The notes under the pieces were generated by a model. That model searched no databases. It was given only the letters and a program-made list of their open reading frames with translations, and was not told the DNA's origin. From Moniliella sp. 'wahieum' (Eukaryota), in NCBI GenBank assembly GCA_003971905.1, contig RSEE01000085.1, positions 248,001 through 305,902 of the forward strand: a stretch of DNA of 57,902 bases. Direction: 5' to 3'. Within the stretch, counting starts at the first letter, position 1. Each line of letters starts with the position of its first letter. This document shows, in pieces, positions 37,744 to 50,819 of this stretch. Position numbers and translations under genes: made by a program.

Positions 37744-38016
37744 CCATGGAATTCGCATGAACTTTCCCCTTGTTCTCTCGCCTTGGTCCAACTGTGCCGT
37801 TTGCATGGGCCGCTACTTTTCTCCATACAGTTTCCCATTCAATGTTAACCCCCCAGTGTCCACGTGATTGCGCCATATCCCTTCATGTGTCCCTACCTAC
37901 TATGGTGCAAGAGGCTCATTCTTTTGCATGTTCACTATAGCAGTTAACGCTGTGCCACCAGACTCAGAAAGTCATATTCGATGATGTCGATGATGAGAAG
38001 TGTAGGATACATTCAC

Positions 38017-40954
38017 CTAGATCAGCGCCTCGATCGACGGAAGGCTAGCGTGCTCCCTCAAATGGCGCATCAAATTCGAAAGGTAAATATGAGTATGGCG
38101 CCTCCCCCCCCTAATCGTCCAACTGTCCCCCACAATGCACAGCTGACGCTTGGCTCGAGTCAAGGCAACATTGAGCCGACGAGTGTCTTTAAGGAAACCC
38201 ACATCATGGGTCCGGTTGCTCCGCACGAGGGTAACAATTACCACCTCATTCTCTCGGCCTTGCATCGAGTCGATGGAGCCAATGGCGAGGTTGGGGAAAA
38301 CTTGGCCAGACGAGCGGTGGAGCCCCCTTCGCGCATCACTTCCGTCTCCAGTAAAGCGCGCACCTGGGCCGTGTAGGGAGTCAAGATGGAAATCTGGTCA
38401 GGCGGACCCCATGAGCCAAAAGTTTGAGCACATGAGCCACGACCAGCCGCACCTCGGCTGGGTTACTCATGGACTTGGTAGGGCCCCCCGACGGTTCTGA
38501 TTCCCATAGACTGTACCCTCCCGTATCATAAAATACAAGCGCGCATCCCACTCAGTGTCATCCTCAGGCATATAACCATTGGCGAGCGCACCTTGCGTTA
38601 CTTTCTCGGTATCCTTGGCTCCTGCATTCTCGAGTGCATTCTGTTCTTCTTTTTTCTTGGCTCTCTTCTTAGCCCGTGCGTTCTTCTTCTTCTCCTTTTG
38701 ATTTTTGCCCGTGTCTTTGGAGGTATATTCCAAGTGGAACTTGTTCCATGGCTCCTCTGTGGATGGGGGCAGAAGTGGTATGCCAACTTTGGATCTTGTT
38801 TCCGACGTATTGACGAGACCCTTCAATCCAATTGATGCGTTGGACTTGTTCGCCCGCGCAGCCTTCTTCATACATGGACGTATTTGGGAAAGCCATGATC
38901 TCCTCATTGAACCGATACTGAACTCTGAGAAACGTCTTGATTCCGGGCCAGTCGTGGTACGCGTGCAATAAACGCTCAAACATGGTTTCTTGCTTTTCCG
39001 GAGGAAGAACGAGAACAGGGGGTCTGCCCCATTTCTACCTTTCTTGAATGAAGATGGAGGACGAAACAGCCCATCGTCGGATTGGAGAACTGGACCCAGT
39101 TGCTTCGGATCTCCTGCAATCACTACCTTGACAAGGGGGCCTTGGGGGTTAGGGCAAGCCCGGGTTAAGGGCACCCAACACAACGGTTCCATCGCCTGAC
39201 ACGCCTCGTCAATAATGATAAAATCGAATGGGCCACCCAGATTCTTGCGGCCGCTGTTGTGCAACGTACATAACACCACTTCGGCTTCGTGCCAATACTG
39301 AGGCCGAAGGGTGCTAGTAACGAATTCCACCAACAGATCTTCCTCCGATTCAGATGGAGAGGAGTGCTCATTGGAAGGAGCAGGAGAAGCTCCCTCATCT
39401 TGGTTGACACTGTCTGCGCCATCGGAATAGGATTCAGGAATAGGGCCTTTCTTAGACACATGATGAAAGCGTTGCATGTGCTGTACCACTTGTTTGGTCA
39501 TCTTCACAGGGCTCCCAATTCGGGCCACCTTGATGTCATGTTTGCGGAAAAGCTGGAACCAAGGTGTAGTGGGAGCCATCAGCCGCTCGGCAACCGCGTC
39601 GATGGCCAAGTTGGAAGGTGCCGTGACCAAAATTCGGGGGCGTCGATAATCGACCGTCGTTTCGCCGTCTGCGCGAAGAATCGGTTCGTTGCCAATCATC
39701 GTTCCTAGAACCAATTGAACGATCAGCTCCACCAGCGTCGTTGTTTTTCCCGGTACCAGGGGTCCGTGTAGGAGGTGGAAAGGAAGTACATCCGGTCCTA
39801 CCTCTTCCCCCTCAAATTGGGATGAGCGGATCAGATTCAGTATCTTCTTCGGGGTTGGTTTTTGCAAGGCACGACGTCTTTCTCTTCTCCCGCATCACTT
39901 TGAGTACCTCATTGATGAATGAGCATTGAGAACGAGAAAGAGTGTCCTTATTATCGTTTTCTTCTCACTTGTGACAGGTGTTGGGGGCATAATTCCTTCT
40001 TTTGTGGCTTATTGACATAGTACAGAGGGGGTGGATGATGGAGCGTTGAATTGCCTTGAGCTGCTCCTCGTTAATCCTTCTGTAAATACATCCAATGGAA
40101 CAGGCGGCAGGGACTCTGTTGCTTGAGGAGCACAAGTAAACTCATCCAAGCGAAGCACAGCACGCATGTGCCTAGAATGGGTACGGAGCTTGTCTGATTT
40201 GGCTTCCTCCGGCAATCCACCCGCTTTTTTTTGGAAGCAATGGGCTTGGTCTTGCGAGGGGTCTTGGTAGTCCACCTAGGCAAATCGACATCCAATGGCT
40301 CTGCCACCACTTCGATGGCATTCCGCATGATGTGGAAGAGGTCACAATCGCCTTTGGCTAGAAGATGTACTGACTTGGGCATCTTACCGGCAAACTGGCG
40401 GTTGAATTAGGGCCCATGTGCAAGCTTGGCGGGCGCATAATCATCTCCACCGTCTGCAGGGAAGTAGAACTCACCACGCCCACGCTTCAAAGTGGGGTTG
40501 GCGAAGCGCTGATGGCCCTCGGGCCCCTTGATTTGCTCTTTGTCTTCTTTGTCTTTGTCTTCTTTATTGTCTTTGTCTTTGTCTTCTGGAGTAGGGGGCC
40601 AGTACTCGGTCCAAGGCACGTCTTCATCCCGTAGACGCAGGCGGTACCCTTCTTCAAGGTATGCCAAGGAGGGTACGCGAAGTGATTGATGGCAAGAGCT
40701 CAAGGATGGGTGGAAGCCGTGCCATGAGTACCATGCGCGTTGGAGGTGCAGATGCAAAACCGCGAGTCCTTGCTTCTCGAGCTCCTCGGGGCATGGGGCT
40801 CAAATAGGATATGGTCCCGGGCCTGGATAGCGGCGAGCTCGTTTTGGACCAGGTCTGCCTGTTGCAGGATGAAATACGATGCGGCGTCCGTCGCTTCAGA
40901 TTGCAGTGCACTCTCAATTGCAGGCTGAGAATCCGCGTCCCCGTTTGCAGGCAT
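38017..40954 (-). CDS. HCS1: Superfamily-1 (Upf1-like) helicase, Hcs1/IGHMBP2-like (frameshifted)
   Basis: Motif I HGP(P)GTGKTTTLVELI, Ia ILVTAPSNLAID, II IIIDEACQ, III AGDPKQLGP, MFERL, LRVQYRFN, V QGRENEV, VI RRLNVALTRAKRQL; N-terminal helix followed by (ELEKQGLAV)LHL as in IGHMBP2/Hcs1. Confidence 0.85.
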
Positions 40955-43900
40955 CGACGGTGGTAGTGTGGTGGGGGTGGGTCGGGGGGGGTGGGGTGGT
41001 GGGGTGGTGGTTGGGGTGTTTCAGTTGTACGGGTCACACCCTTTATATAAACTTGTTTGCTGAAATCAAAAAGTAGCTTCCGGTCATGGCGATCAAGCTT
41101 TCGATAACGTATCGAGAGAGGTTATCGATTATCGATCATCCCCCCCTCTCAGCACATATGTAGCTCTCTTCCGTGTGCTGGTTGATTGGGTATAGGGTAT
41201 AGAGGGGGAGTAAATGTGGAGAGGAGATTGACATGATTTTTGGTGTCGTCTGTTCTTGGTTCTCTCACGCGTCTCATAGCTGCGTCAGGTGGCCGAAGCC
41301 GATGAATCGACGAAAATGGCGTTTTTCCCCGCATAAGCGACGATCGACCCCCCTTTCTTCTTCCGTCCTATATCATTTTACCAGTATAGTAGTAGCAGTA
41401 GTATTCCTGTGAGGTATATTTTGCGTGAGTACCACACGATCAAAGAAGTTCTTTTGTGGCGTCGCCAGCAGGTCAGAGGATCTTCTGCCACCCGCCACAT
41501 GATGAGACCTGGAGTCCAGGTGGTCCTCGAGGGTATGCAATCGCACTAGTGGTGGTGGTGGTTGTCTAAGCCAAGCAGCAACGCCTACTGAGGAACATCA
41601 AGCAGCGAGTCGCCACCAGGGCTAAGCTGCGGAACAAGGTAAACAGGAGAGAGAAAAACAACGGAACTCCTAGGCCTGAGGAGGAACTGAAGGGACATTG
41701 GCCAAAGCACGAGCCACCTGGCTCAACACCACATTCGGCTTGAAATGGAATGTATCAACGCCCTGAGGCTGTGACTCCTGAGTCAGGAGTGTTTTGGATA
41801 TAGTATGAAAATGAGAACTTAATGAGCGCGCAGAGACAGCATGTGAGCGCTGCATGATGCATGAACCCCCTCTAACTATATATGATTAAGTAGAAGATCA
41901 CCGGATCAACTGCTCGGCTTCAATTGGGTGCGCGTTCCACCGTCTTCCTCCCAGTTCCACTTGTCGTGCTAAGCCATCGTAGCCACCGTTTCACGCGTCG
42001 TGGCAGCGCCGGCGGCCCTGCGCGCGTGCTATAATACGTCGGAGAACTTGAATAGAACTATGCTCTACGCGTTTTATTACCGCACGGATGTCTGCCACAC
42101 ACTCATTCGCATATCCTCGCGAGCTACGTCCGTCGAAACGTGCTGGAAAGAAACTGCTTGGGGTGATCATATTGCCAAGACAAGGTTGCATGATTATCCC
42201 TCAGGATCATGCAGTCAGTCGTCATCGAGTAACTACCCAGGATAGAAGAAACTGCCCCCAAAACAATATACCAATACGCATATATCAAGCTTCAATGGGT
42301 TAGTGGTATACTACAATCATCGTTGCCAGCAGGGCGTTGTTGCTCCTAAGACATCGATGTGACAGGGTTTGATTCCCCTTTGAAGCACGTCTTTTGCACA
42401 TAAAGGCGACTTTCCTTCTTTTGGATCGAGCTGTGCGCGACTTCACCAAGTTGGCGGTGGCATTGTCCATCGGTGGCATGCAAACTGCGTCCGTTGTTCC
42501 GATTCTTGCATTAATTAAAGTCGAGAGAGGAACGATAGACCGTCAAAAAGTGTTTTTGCGCCATTTCGCAAAATGGACAAAACTAAAAAGTAAGTGGACA
42601 ATCGTTTGTGCGTTGTAGATCGTCAATAGTCGCCCATCACATCAAAAGCGCCCCACGTTTCCGCACCCATTCTCACTTTCAAGCTTCATCCAGTGTGGAA
42701 GAACCCACAGGCCGTTCTGGCCTGTCAGTGAGGCCGTTGGCCTCATCAGCTTTTTTTGTATATAGCTGAGCTTAGTGGAGGTGGAGGCAACAGTAACTGA
42801 GAGATAAGGGAATAGGGCACTATATATAAACAACTCTGTGTATAAGTGACCCTCGAAGAGAAAATGGAGTAGTAATACGCCATTCTCCTGTTATCAACAG
42901 AGGGATTCAAAACAACGCCGTATAGACAACAGAGGGTCGCCCTTACTTTGTCTTCCCATTCATTTCCACGGTGCGACTACCGCCGGGAAGTTGTTTTGCT
43001 CTCGGAATGCCGTTGTGTGCTCTTGTAGATGTGACGATATAAATTTGCACAACATATCATCGTTTTCTTGGAAGGGGAAGGGCGTTTCCCATTTCGAAAC
43101 TGGTATATAGGGAGTGCATCTCATATGTTGTAACGCAGTATACCACTGTGCTTTTTGGGCGTGATACGAACTCTTCGCACCTTAAAAATGCTTGAAAAAG
43201 AAGATGCCGGTATATATTACTAGCTCTAGAGGGCCGCTTCGTCCCTCCACTGTGGCGGCTTTTGGTACCGACGCTTCTCCATCTCCTTTTTTGGGTAAAC
43301 AACGAAGTTCCAAAGGGAAAGATAGAATGCAATTCGCAGGGATTCAACTCTTTTCTCTTCCTCATTTTTGTTGGATTCATTTGGTGATGACGAGTGGGCA
43401 CTCCACCGCTTCTTTGAGAAATACATATCCCTTTTTTCTCATCAAGAGCATATCATGTTGACCCTATACCCCCCTCGACCTGTGAGAGATGGGGAGTTCA
43501 GTTTCCCGTACATTATAATAGTCCACACCGTTCTTCCATATATATATCGTCTATCATATATCACGGCCCACCATATGTTCCAAGTCTATTACACTGTCTA
43601 CTGTACCGTGATTTCCAACATGTCCGCAGGCACACATTCAAGCATTCCATCATAGCTTTGGACCTAGCCTTGGGCAGGATTGCTTCCTCTTTCTTTTCCC
43701 TTTCTTGATGGTCGTCGGAGGCCCGAGAGGAGGGAAATAAGAACGGTGGTATAGAATAACCGGTGGACTTCATTCATAAGGCGAAACTGAGGCTTCAAAT
43801 TCAAGCTTCTGCTTTGTTTGGGCGGGGGGCGGGGGGGGGGCATATGTTGTGACCGCCGCCTGGAGGCCTCTGTTCCTGCCTGCAGTGGCCGTGTCCAGCA

Positions 43901-45676
43901 CGACGAGAATCGTGCGTACTAAAGTGTAAGGCGTGACGCATGACGTCATGTGAGACGCTCCCTTGAAGCTTGACTGCACATATATGCATCAACGTACTGC
44001 ATCAACGTTCATTATGTTCACCCACATGCTACAGGTGTAGAGGTTGCTCTGCAGGTTACTCTACCTAGGGGAAACTTGATCCGGAAACGAACGGATCGAA
44101 TGCGAATTGACCCCAATTGGCCAGGAGCGCGTATTCGGCTAATATATTCTGACATGTGGGACACGGGAGCGGGCTCAGGCTGAGCGCTGAACCTCCGCGC
44201 TGAACCTCAGGGCATAGCCTGCTCTAACAGGGCGAAGCTACTAGACGCGAGGGGAACCGCATCGGTAAAATTTGAGTACGTTATAGTAACACCCAGGTGT
44301 AGTGCATCAGTTGGGCCATGTGCGCGTTCGGCATTGCACGCCCAATGTTTACAGCGACCTGTCTACCCCGCAAGGCGGAGCGGACAGAGACACGTAGAGG
44401 GATGCAGCAGATGCGCTGATATCATGCATCATGCTCATGTAATGTAACCTGTAACATTAACGCGAACGCCCCAACGCGTTGTTAACGACGCAGTCGAACA
44501 TTCCCAGCAAAAAAGCACATGTCTGTCGCTGGAGCTGGCAAAGTGGCGTAGAGCTGGCCTCAGATATCCGATTCGCGCTATTCGGCTTCCTCGCGCTCGC
44601 GCTCCTTGGTTCCTGCGGCGGGGAGGGTGAGGTCACCGGCCACCCGGGCTCTCCCGCTCCACTTGCTCGCGGCCACAGACCGGACCAAGATACAGCCCCT
44701 CTGCGCCCAGTCCTATCTGTTTTCCCGGTAGACGTCATCGACGTCATCGATCATCGACCACATGTCGACGAAGCTGTCTGTGATCGGGTAGCGGGTGCGC
44801 GTTGGGCGATGCCAGTGCGGTGTCGATGAGGCCCCTGACGCCCTGACGCCCTGAGGCCTGAAACCTGAAGAGAGGGAGATGGGCGAGGTAAGCGAGTGCA
44901 CCGTATCGTATCCTTGCGTCTTTGCTACTCGGATACTCAGTACACACTCAGTCCCAATACTCAGTACTCAGTGAGTACCATAGGCAGGACATCGTACTCA
45001 CAGTCTCAGGCACCGAGCACTGCCGTCACCGGTCAGGCCTCAGGGGCCTCAGGCGTCACCGGTCCCCGGTTCACCTCGCGCTCTGCTGTCTCACAGCCCA
45101 GGCCCCAGGTCTCACCCAGTCACCGGTCACCGGTCACCGGCCACCCAGAGTCACCGGTCACGTCCGGCACTCGTCGCGCTGGTGTCTCTCCAAACGCACA
45201 CTGCTCCCTCCTGCCCAAGGACTATGAAGATATGAAGTTCGATTAATTTGGTGAGCCCACTCGTTCTACCCCCCCTGCTGGAAGCAACTCACCACTCACC
45301 ACTCACCTAGAACGCCATATCAGATCTCAGAGATCTCAGGCCGCGCCCGTCACTACATCACCCTAACACGCAACGTGTGCACATGTCGAGCACAGAGAGA
45401 TACTGTCCCAACGAAGTGATCTCCTCCCAGCTGTCTCTTGTACGTTGCCAAGCTTGGCGCCGGCAATCCAACTCCGACGGCATCACTCCTGCAGCCCTCC
45501 GTGCTCGCATAAATTCGGTGGGTGCCTCGCTGCTCTTCTCTCCTCTCTGCTACCAACCCCCCCCCCCCCCCCCCCCATACACACCAACCTGCCCTTCCCC
45601 TTCACCACCTTCACAACTCTCGCATATCCTCTCGTCACTCGCCTCTATACTAGGCTCACTACACTGCTGCTGCAAT

Positions 45677-47935
45677 ATGCCGTTCGACAAGAAGGTGTTC
45701 CCCCCCCCCTCGCCCCCCAGCCTAGGCGAGCCCCCACCAGCCTACACCCCCCTCAGCGCACCTTCCCCCACATCGCTGCCAGCGACACCACGCAGACTGT
45801 CACCTCCGACGAGTGTGTCGCTCATTTGCGCTTGCTTGCTGTCTTTGCCGATTTGCGCGATTCGATTGCCCATATTGATGGTCTGTTTGGCCTGCGCGAC
45901 GAGGACGTGTTGACTCATTTCCAGAAGGAGGAGGATCAAAGCAAGGGTCTGGCCCTGATGCGGGAAAAGCGCTGGTCCGTTTATGTGGCACGCGCCGCCG
46001 ATCGGTTTGAGCAATTTTGGAAGACCTGCTTGCCATCCTCAGGCCCAGCGATCACCGTTGACCTGGTTGACTCGACCACAGGTTTGGCCGATGCGATGAA
46101 GAATACCAAGTCGCCTTCGGACCCACCGCTGTGGAGCAGGGAAAATCTGCCTCCGCTGGATGTGCTGATGGTCTGGCACGCATTTTGCCTCAACCCCACC
46201 AACTACCTCGAAGACTGTCTTCGTACGGGTCACATGCGGGTGTGGAATGTAGGCTTCCCCTGGGCCCTGATTGATGAGTGCATCAACGACTCGCTCGATT
46301 ACCTCCCTCTGCCGTGGCTGCCGACGCGTTCCCCCGGGCCACCGGCCGTGCCTGGCGAAACCAAGAAGACCAGGGTGGGAAGAAGATCAAGTGTCCCCAG
46401 TGCAACGGGAAGAAGAGATTCCATGGGCCACTGGTGGTCCCCTGGGAGAGCTGGCCAAGCCATGGTTTGACGCAAAGGACGGGTTTACCGATACCATTTA
46501 GCCACCGACTGTACCTCGTGCAAGTTTCACATCACGCACGATACGCTGCGTGTGGCCAAGTTCCGGTATGACTATAGCCAACTGGTAAGCAAGGATGTGG
46601 CTATGCCCGGTACCATTCTTTCCTACGATGGCCGTCCGCCCCACCATCCTTTGACGGTGATGAGCCAATCGTACGCGAGCCATCTGTTGTTACGCGGGAC
46701 TGGAGGTACTGCAGAGAAAGTTGAACTTTGACGCCGATCCGTACCTGACCATGCTGGAGGTGCGGGAGCAGATGGAGCTGACGTGTGCCAACCGGATGAT
46801 CGTACGAGCGGTTGGAGGTTCCCGACCGGTCAAACGAGAGGTGGCAGTAGCCCGTCGTGGGGGTTCGGGCAATGATGTCACGTTACTGGGAAAACTCGTC
46901 TCCGTTTGGGTTGGACTTGGTGGGGGCAGTGTTGCGCCAAGGCACGTTTGTCCGCAAGATGGATGAGATTGATTGGTTGCATTCGCCGGCACTGGAGCAG
47001 ACGATGGCACGGTTGATTGCCAAGTATAGCGTCTTTCTCGAAATCATGAAGAAATACCCTGGTTCCATGGCGGTGCCGACATTGGACGTGGACTTGGCCT
47101 GGCACACCCACCAACTCAGCCCGGCACGGTATTACTGTTACACGGTGCATCACATGAAGCGGATGATCAACCATGATGATAAAGTCGCCTCGGGTCGGTT
47201 GAGCGATGCATTTGAGCTCACATCCAAGCGCTATGCCAACTTGACCAATGGTCAGCCATACTCCGAGTGTACGTGCTGGTACTGCGAGGCGGTACGCGAA
47301 AGCCAAACCAACCGTGCGTCACCGGCGCTTTTGTTTTCCTCCCCTGCCTCTCTCAGGCACGGGTCAACGCGGACGCCCTTCATTCTAACCCCAACATCGA
47401 CCACAACCCATCCCGAGCGCAACGCCCACATTTCTGCCCACAATGCCGTGCCCACCGAAGGGGACCAGGCAGCGGTACGTGGCGAGGCAGTCCGGCATCG
47501 TCGTCTCGTCTCCAAGGCCGAAGCGGCACAACGGCGACTGCACAAACGCGGTCTGCTCACTGGATGCAAACGAGAAGCGTGCTCTGGCCAATGATGAAGC
47601 GGCGACTATGGCGTGGGGAGTCTATCCCGTCTACATGCCCTACTACGCTCCGTACTACCCAGATCCATGTATCACTGCCGGTTCCAACTCGGGAATGTAC
47701 GCAGGCAACCCCGCGTGTGTCGCCATGGGCGCCGGAAGTTTGGGAGCGTGCGTGGCTGGGACCTGTGGCGGAGCTGTGGCCGCAGGCTCCTGTGGTGCGA
47801 GTGGCTGCAGCGCTGTGGGCGGGTTTTCCTCGTGCTCCGCGGCTGGTGGGTGTGGGAACGTGGGAGGTGGAGGAGGTGCCTGTGGAGGAGGTGCTGGCGG
47901 ATGCGGCGTTGGCGGGTGGATGTGGAGGATGCTGA
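45677..47935 (+). CDS. DUF1399 / glycine-rich domain-containing (GRDP-like) protein, copy 1 (frameshifted)
   Basis: PPLDVLMVWHAFCLNP, DLVGAVLRQGTFVRKM, VPTLDVDLAWHTHQLSP, INHDDKV, CTCWYCE, HISAHNAV and a Cys/Gly-rich tail ending GGCGGC*. Confidence 0.85.
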
Positions 47936-48650
47936 GAGGACCTGCGAGGTACACAGTGGAAGCGCTGCTGCTTTCTCTTGTGTGCCCGCGTTCTTGTCTG
48001 AATGTCTATACCCTCTCCACATGAATGATGTGAACCACATGATGATGCTATCGAGCCTACTACCCACACCCTCAATTGTTGAATGCTCATGCTGCTTTTG
48101 ACCTTTGTTGTTCCCATCCTTCCTCCTCTGTATATCTCTATACTGATGGAGACTCCATAAATGGCCTCCATTGTATACAAACAGCTCTCAGAAATGGTGC
48201 AAACGGTGAAAAGAAAGTGTATGGAAGGTTTTAGGCCTTCGGGGGACGCCTGTGACATTTGGAAAGTTGGTAGTTGCACTCAAGAGTCATTCTTCCTCCG
48301 GCCAAGGCAATGCGCGGGCTCTACTACGCTACCAAGATCAACAGGATATGTAAGTGTTGGAAGCTTCTCTTCTCTTCGGCAGTGGAGATGATTCATCTCT
48401 TCGCTCACACAGTCAAGTCTCTACACTTTTGACAAGATCCGTATCCACTCTCATCACATCCATTTTGGAAGCAAATCAGGGAGGCAGAGGATCCTGGTTT
48501 GCTGGCGAGTCACATACTTCAGTCTTGAATGGGTTGGCACGAGAAACAATACACGTCGAAGGAAAGAGTCTGATACGCAATGTCCGGAAATGATATGCAT
48601 GCGATGGTAACATTTTGTCACATGCAGTGTGGTGTGAATTTAAGGACCAA

Positions 48651-48731
48651 GGACGGCTGGCGCAATGGTAGCGCGTCTGACTACGACTAGTTGTAATCAG
48701 GAGGTTGCAGGTTCGACCCCTGCGTCGTTCG
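48651..48731 (+). tRNA. tRNA-Arg(ACG) with 9-nt intron (48687..48695)
   Basis: Acceptor stem GGACGGC/GTCGTTC, D-arm GCGC-AATGGTA-GCGC, anticodon arm TCTGA-CT-ACG-A^A-TCAGG, T-arm GCAGG-TTCGACC-CCTGC; T7 Pol III terminator ~20 nt downstream. Confidence 0.95.
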
Positions 48732-49094
48732 ACCCGACACGGGCGTCCTATTTTTTTCAATGTGGTTGATTGATATCTTTTTTTCTGCCCAAGTTTTGAA
48801 AACCTCCTCTTCTGGACACCCAATAGATAGAGCTTTTGCGCTCATCACCACCACCGGTCTTGTACTTTTCTCCTGCCGCATCCCTTCGAAGTGTTTACTA
48901 GCGTTAGGCGTGTGCGTTTCGAAGTGCCCGCTCAAAGCCCAGGTTACCGGTTACCGGTAAGACTAGTGAGTCATGTGGTTCGGTGCAACGTGCGTCCGCC
49001 GCACGGACGTGGCGCTCAGCCGTTCTGGGCATGACAGATCTCCGTGATTACAACCACCACCACTGTTGCCTTGCTCTCCACGCTGTTTCCCAAC

Positions 49095-49623
49095 ATGCCT
49101 ACCGCTTACAGCCCCCCGACGCTCCTGCCGCTTTGGGACCCTATTCGCAGGTCATTGTGCATGAGGCCACGCAGACTGCTTATGTGTCCGGCTGCATCCC
49201 CCTCGACCCGAACGGGCAAGTTGGTTGAGGGTGGCGAGGGCGATGCTTCGGCCCCGGGGGTGATTGAGAAACAGACGGAGCAGGTGTTCAAGAACCTGTT
49301 TGCTGTCCTGAAGGCTGCTGGGGCAGAAAAATCGTCGGTGCTCAAGACGACTGTGTTCATCAAGAACATGGAACACTTTAAGCGGATCAATGCTGTATAC
49401 GAGCAGGTACGTTTCTGCCTTCGTATGATCATATGGCCTCATATGCCCTTTAATTTGCCTTCCCCCTTCCTCCTGTTGACTGTTGTCTTTCTTGCTGCCT
49501 ATATAGGCTTTTGAAGGCCACAAGCCTGCCCGCTCCGCAGTCGAGGTTGCCCGTCTTCCCCTGGACGTTAGCATTGAGATTGAGTGTGTCGCTGCGGTGG
49601 TCAAGGCCCCGGGCAGTGCTTAA
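49095..49623 (+). CDS. RidA/YjgF/Mmf1-Hmf1 family enamine-imine deaminase
   Basis: APAALGPYSQ, YVSGCIPLDP, VLKTTVFIKNMEHFKRINAVYEQ|AFEGHKPARSAVEVARLPLDVSIEIECVA; intron 49407..49506; catalytic Arg (PARS) present. Confidence 0.93.
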
Positions 49624-50819
49624 GCGTTCAGGCGAACGCTTCTCATGCACCGCCTCTCTCCCCCGACCACACGTATTTCCCACATGCTTTATTCCTTGTT
49701 CCTGACCTTTCTCGTTTGGTTTGGACGAACGGAGGAAAGCTGGATTGGTACGATCCCCCCACACTACATCTGCATCGCCATATTTTGGGTTGATACATTG
49801 ATGCCACTCCTGTGGTTGCTCCTGATGCATGATTCACAAAAGAGGTGGTGTAGGATGTCTTACTCTGGGTCGGAATTTGGTGTGTGCCGGCGTGGACAAA
49901 GCGGGATGGGATCTATAGTTGGGTATGCCTGTTTACTACGTGAGAGGACATATACGAAAGGCTGTCTTTGTCCTTGTCTTTGTCCTTTTTGTCCCCGTCC
50001 GTTTGTCCATACCATCATTGCACTTTTCACCCAGCGCGCCCGCGCAACTTTACTGACGACGATGATACTTTTTTTTCTATTTCGCTATCTGTACAGAACC
50101 AAGGCCCGGCTCTGTTTCCGACACCGTCTGCTGCTGTTGAATGTCGCATCCCTCTTCACCACCCGTCTGTTCTCCGGGCGTTTTGATTCAGATCCTCCTG
50201 CACTCGGAAAACACAGGACTCATCTTTTTGATTCCTTCTGCTCCCATTTACCGCCTTTCATTAACACATCATCTCCAACTGCTATACGCTGATGATATCG
50301 ATGATACGGACTAGAAAACGAAGGCAGTGTTTGTCTCTACTATTAGCATGTGGACTTACACTGAGCCCCTCCCAGTGTTGATGAGTATCATAGAAGGGAC
50401 ATTGCGTCGCGCGTGAGATAGGGAGGTTTTGGTGCGGGTATTCCGAACACGCATCAGCACATTTTACTGTCAAGCGCACGGTGAATCGTTGGGGTGTCAT
50501 TTGTTGGAATGAATGCCTTCAAAAAGGTATGGTGTTATTGGGCGCTCCGGTCATCTCCAGACACCGAGCCCCGCATTTCGTAGAACTCTCATCGAATTAC
50601 ACGCCAGCCCCGCGACACTTGCGAGTAAGAGTCAGCACGGACAACTTGTCATGGATATTTTCCACAGAGAGCCAGGAGAGGACCGCGGACTTAACGATAC
50701 GGAGCTTTGTATCTGCGGCCCCCGGTCTTGACAGAACCCCACATCGACTCACTGTGGCCCGCCGGATCGCAGTCTGGGCAGCACAGGCCGCCCTTTACCT
50801 CTTACTACTATAGATCCCC

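Larger units (their letters stand above)
44134..49966 (+). repeat. Segmental duplication, copy 1 (upstream region, DUF1399 gene, tRNA-Arg, RidA)
   Basis: Collinear similarity to 52351..57784 from TTCGGCT..TTCTGACATG to ACGAAAG(G)CTGTC. Confidence 0.9.

Noticed and set aside
41100..44100. Short ORFs in the more AT-rich stretch upstream of the helicase
   Set aside because: No recognisable protein, TE motif or repeat partner within the window.
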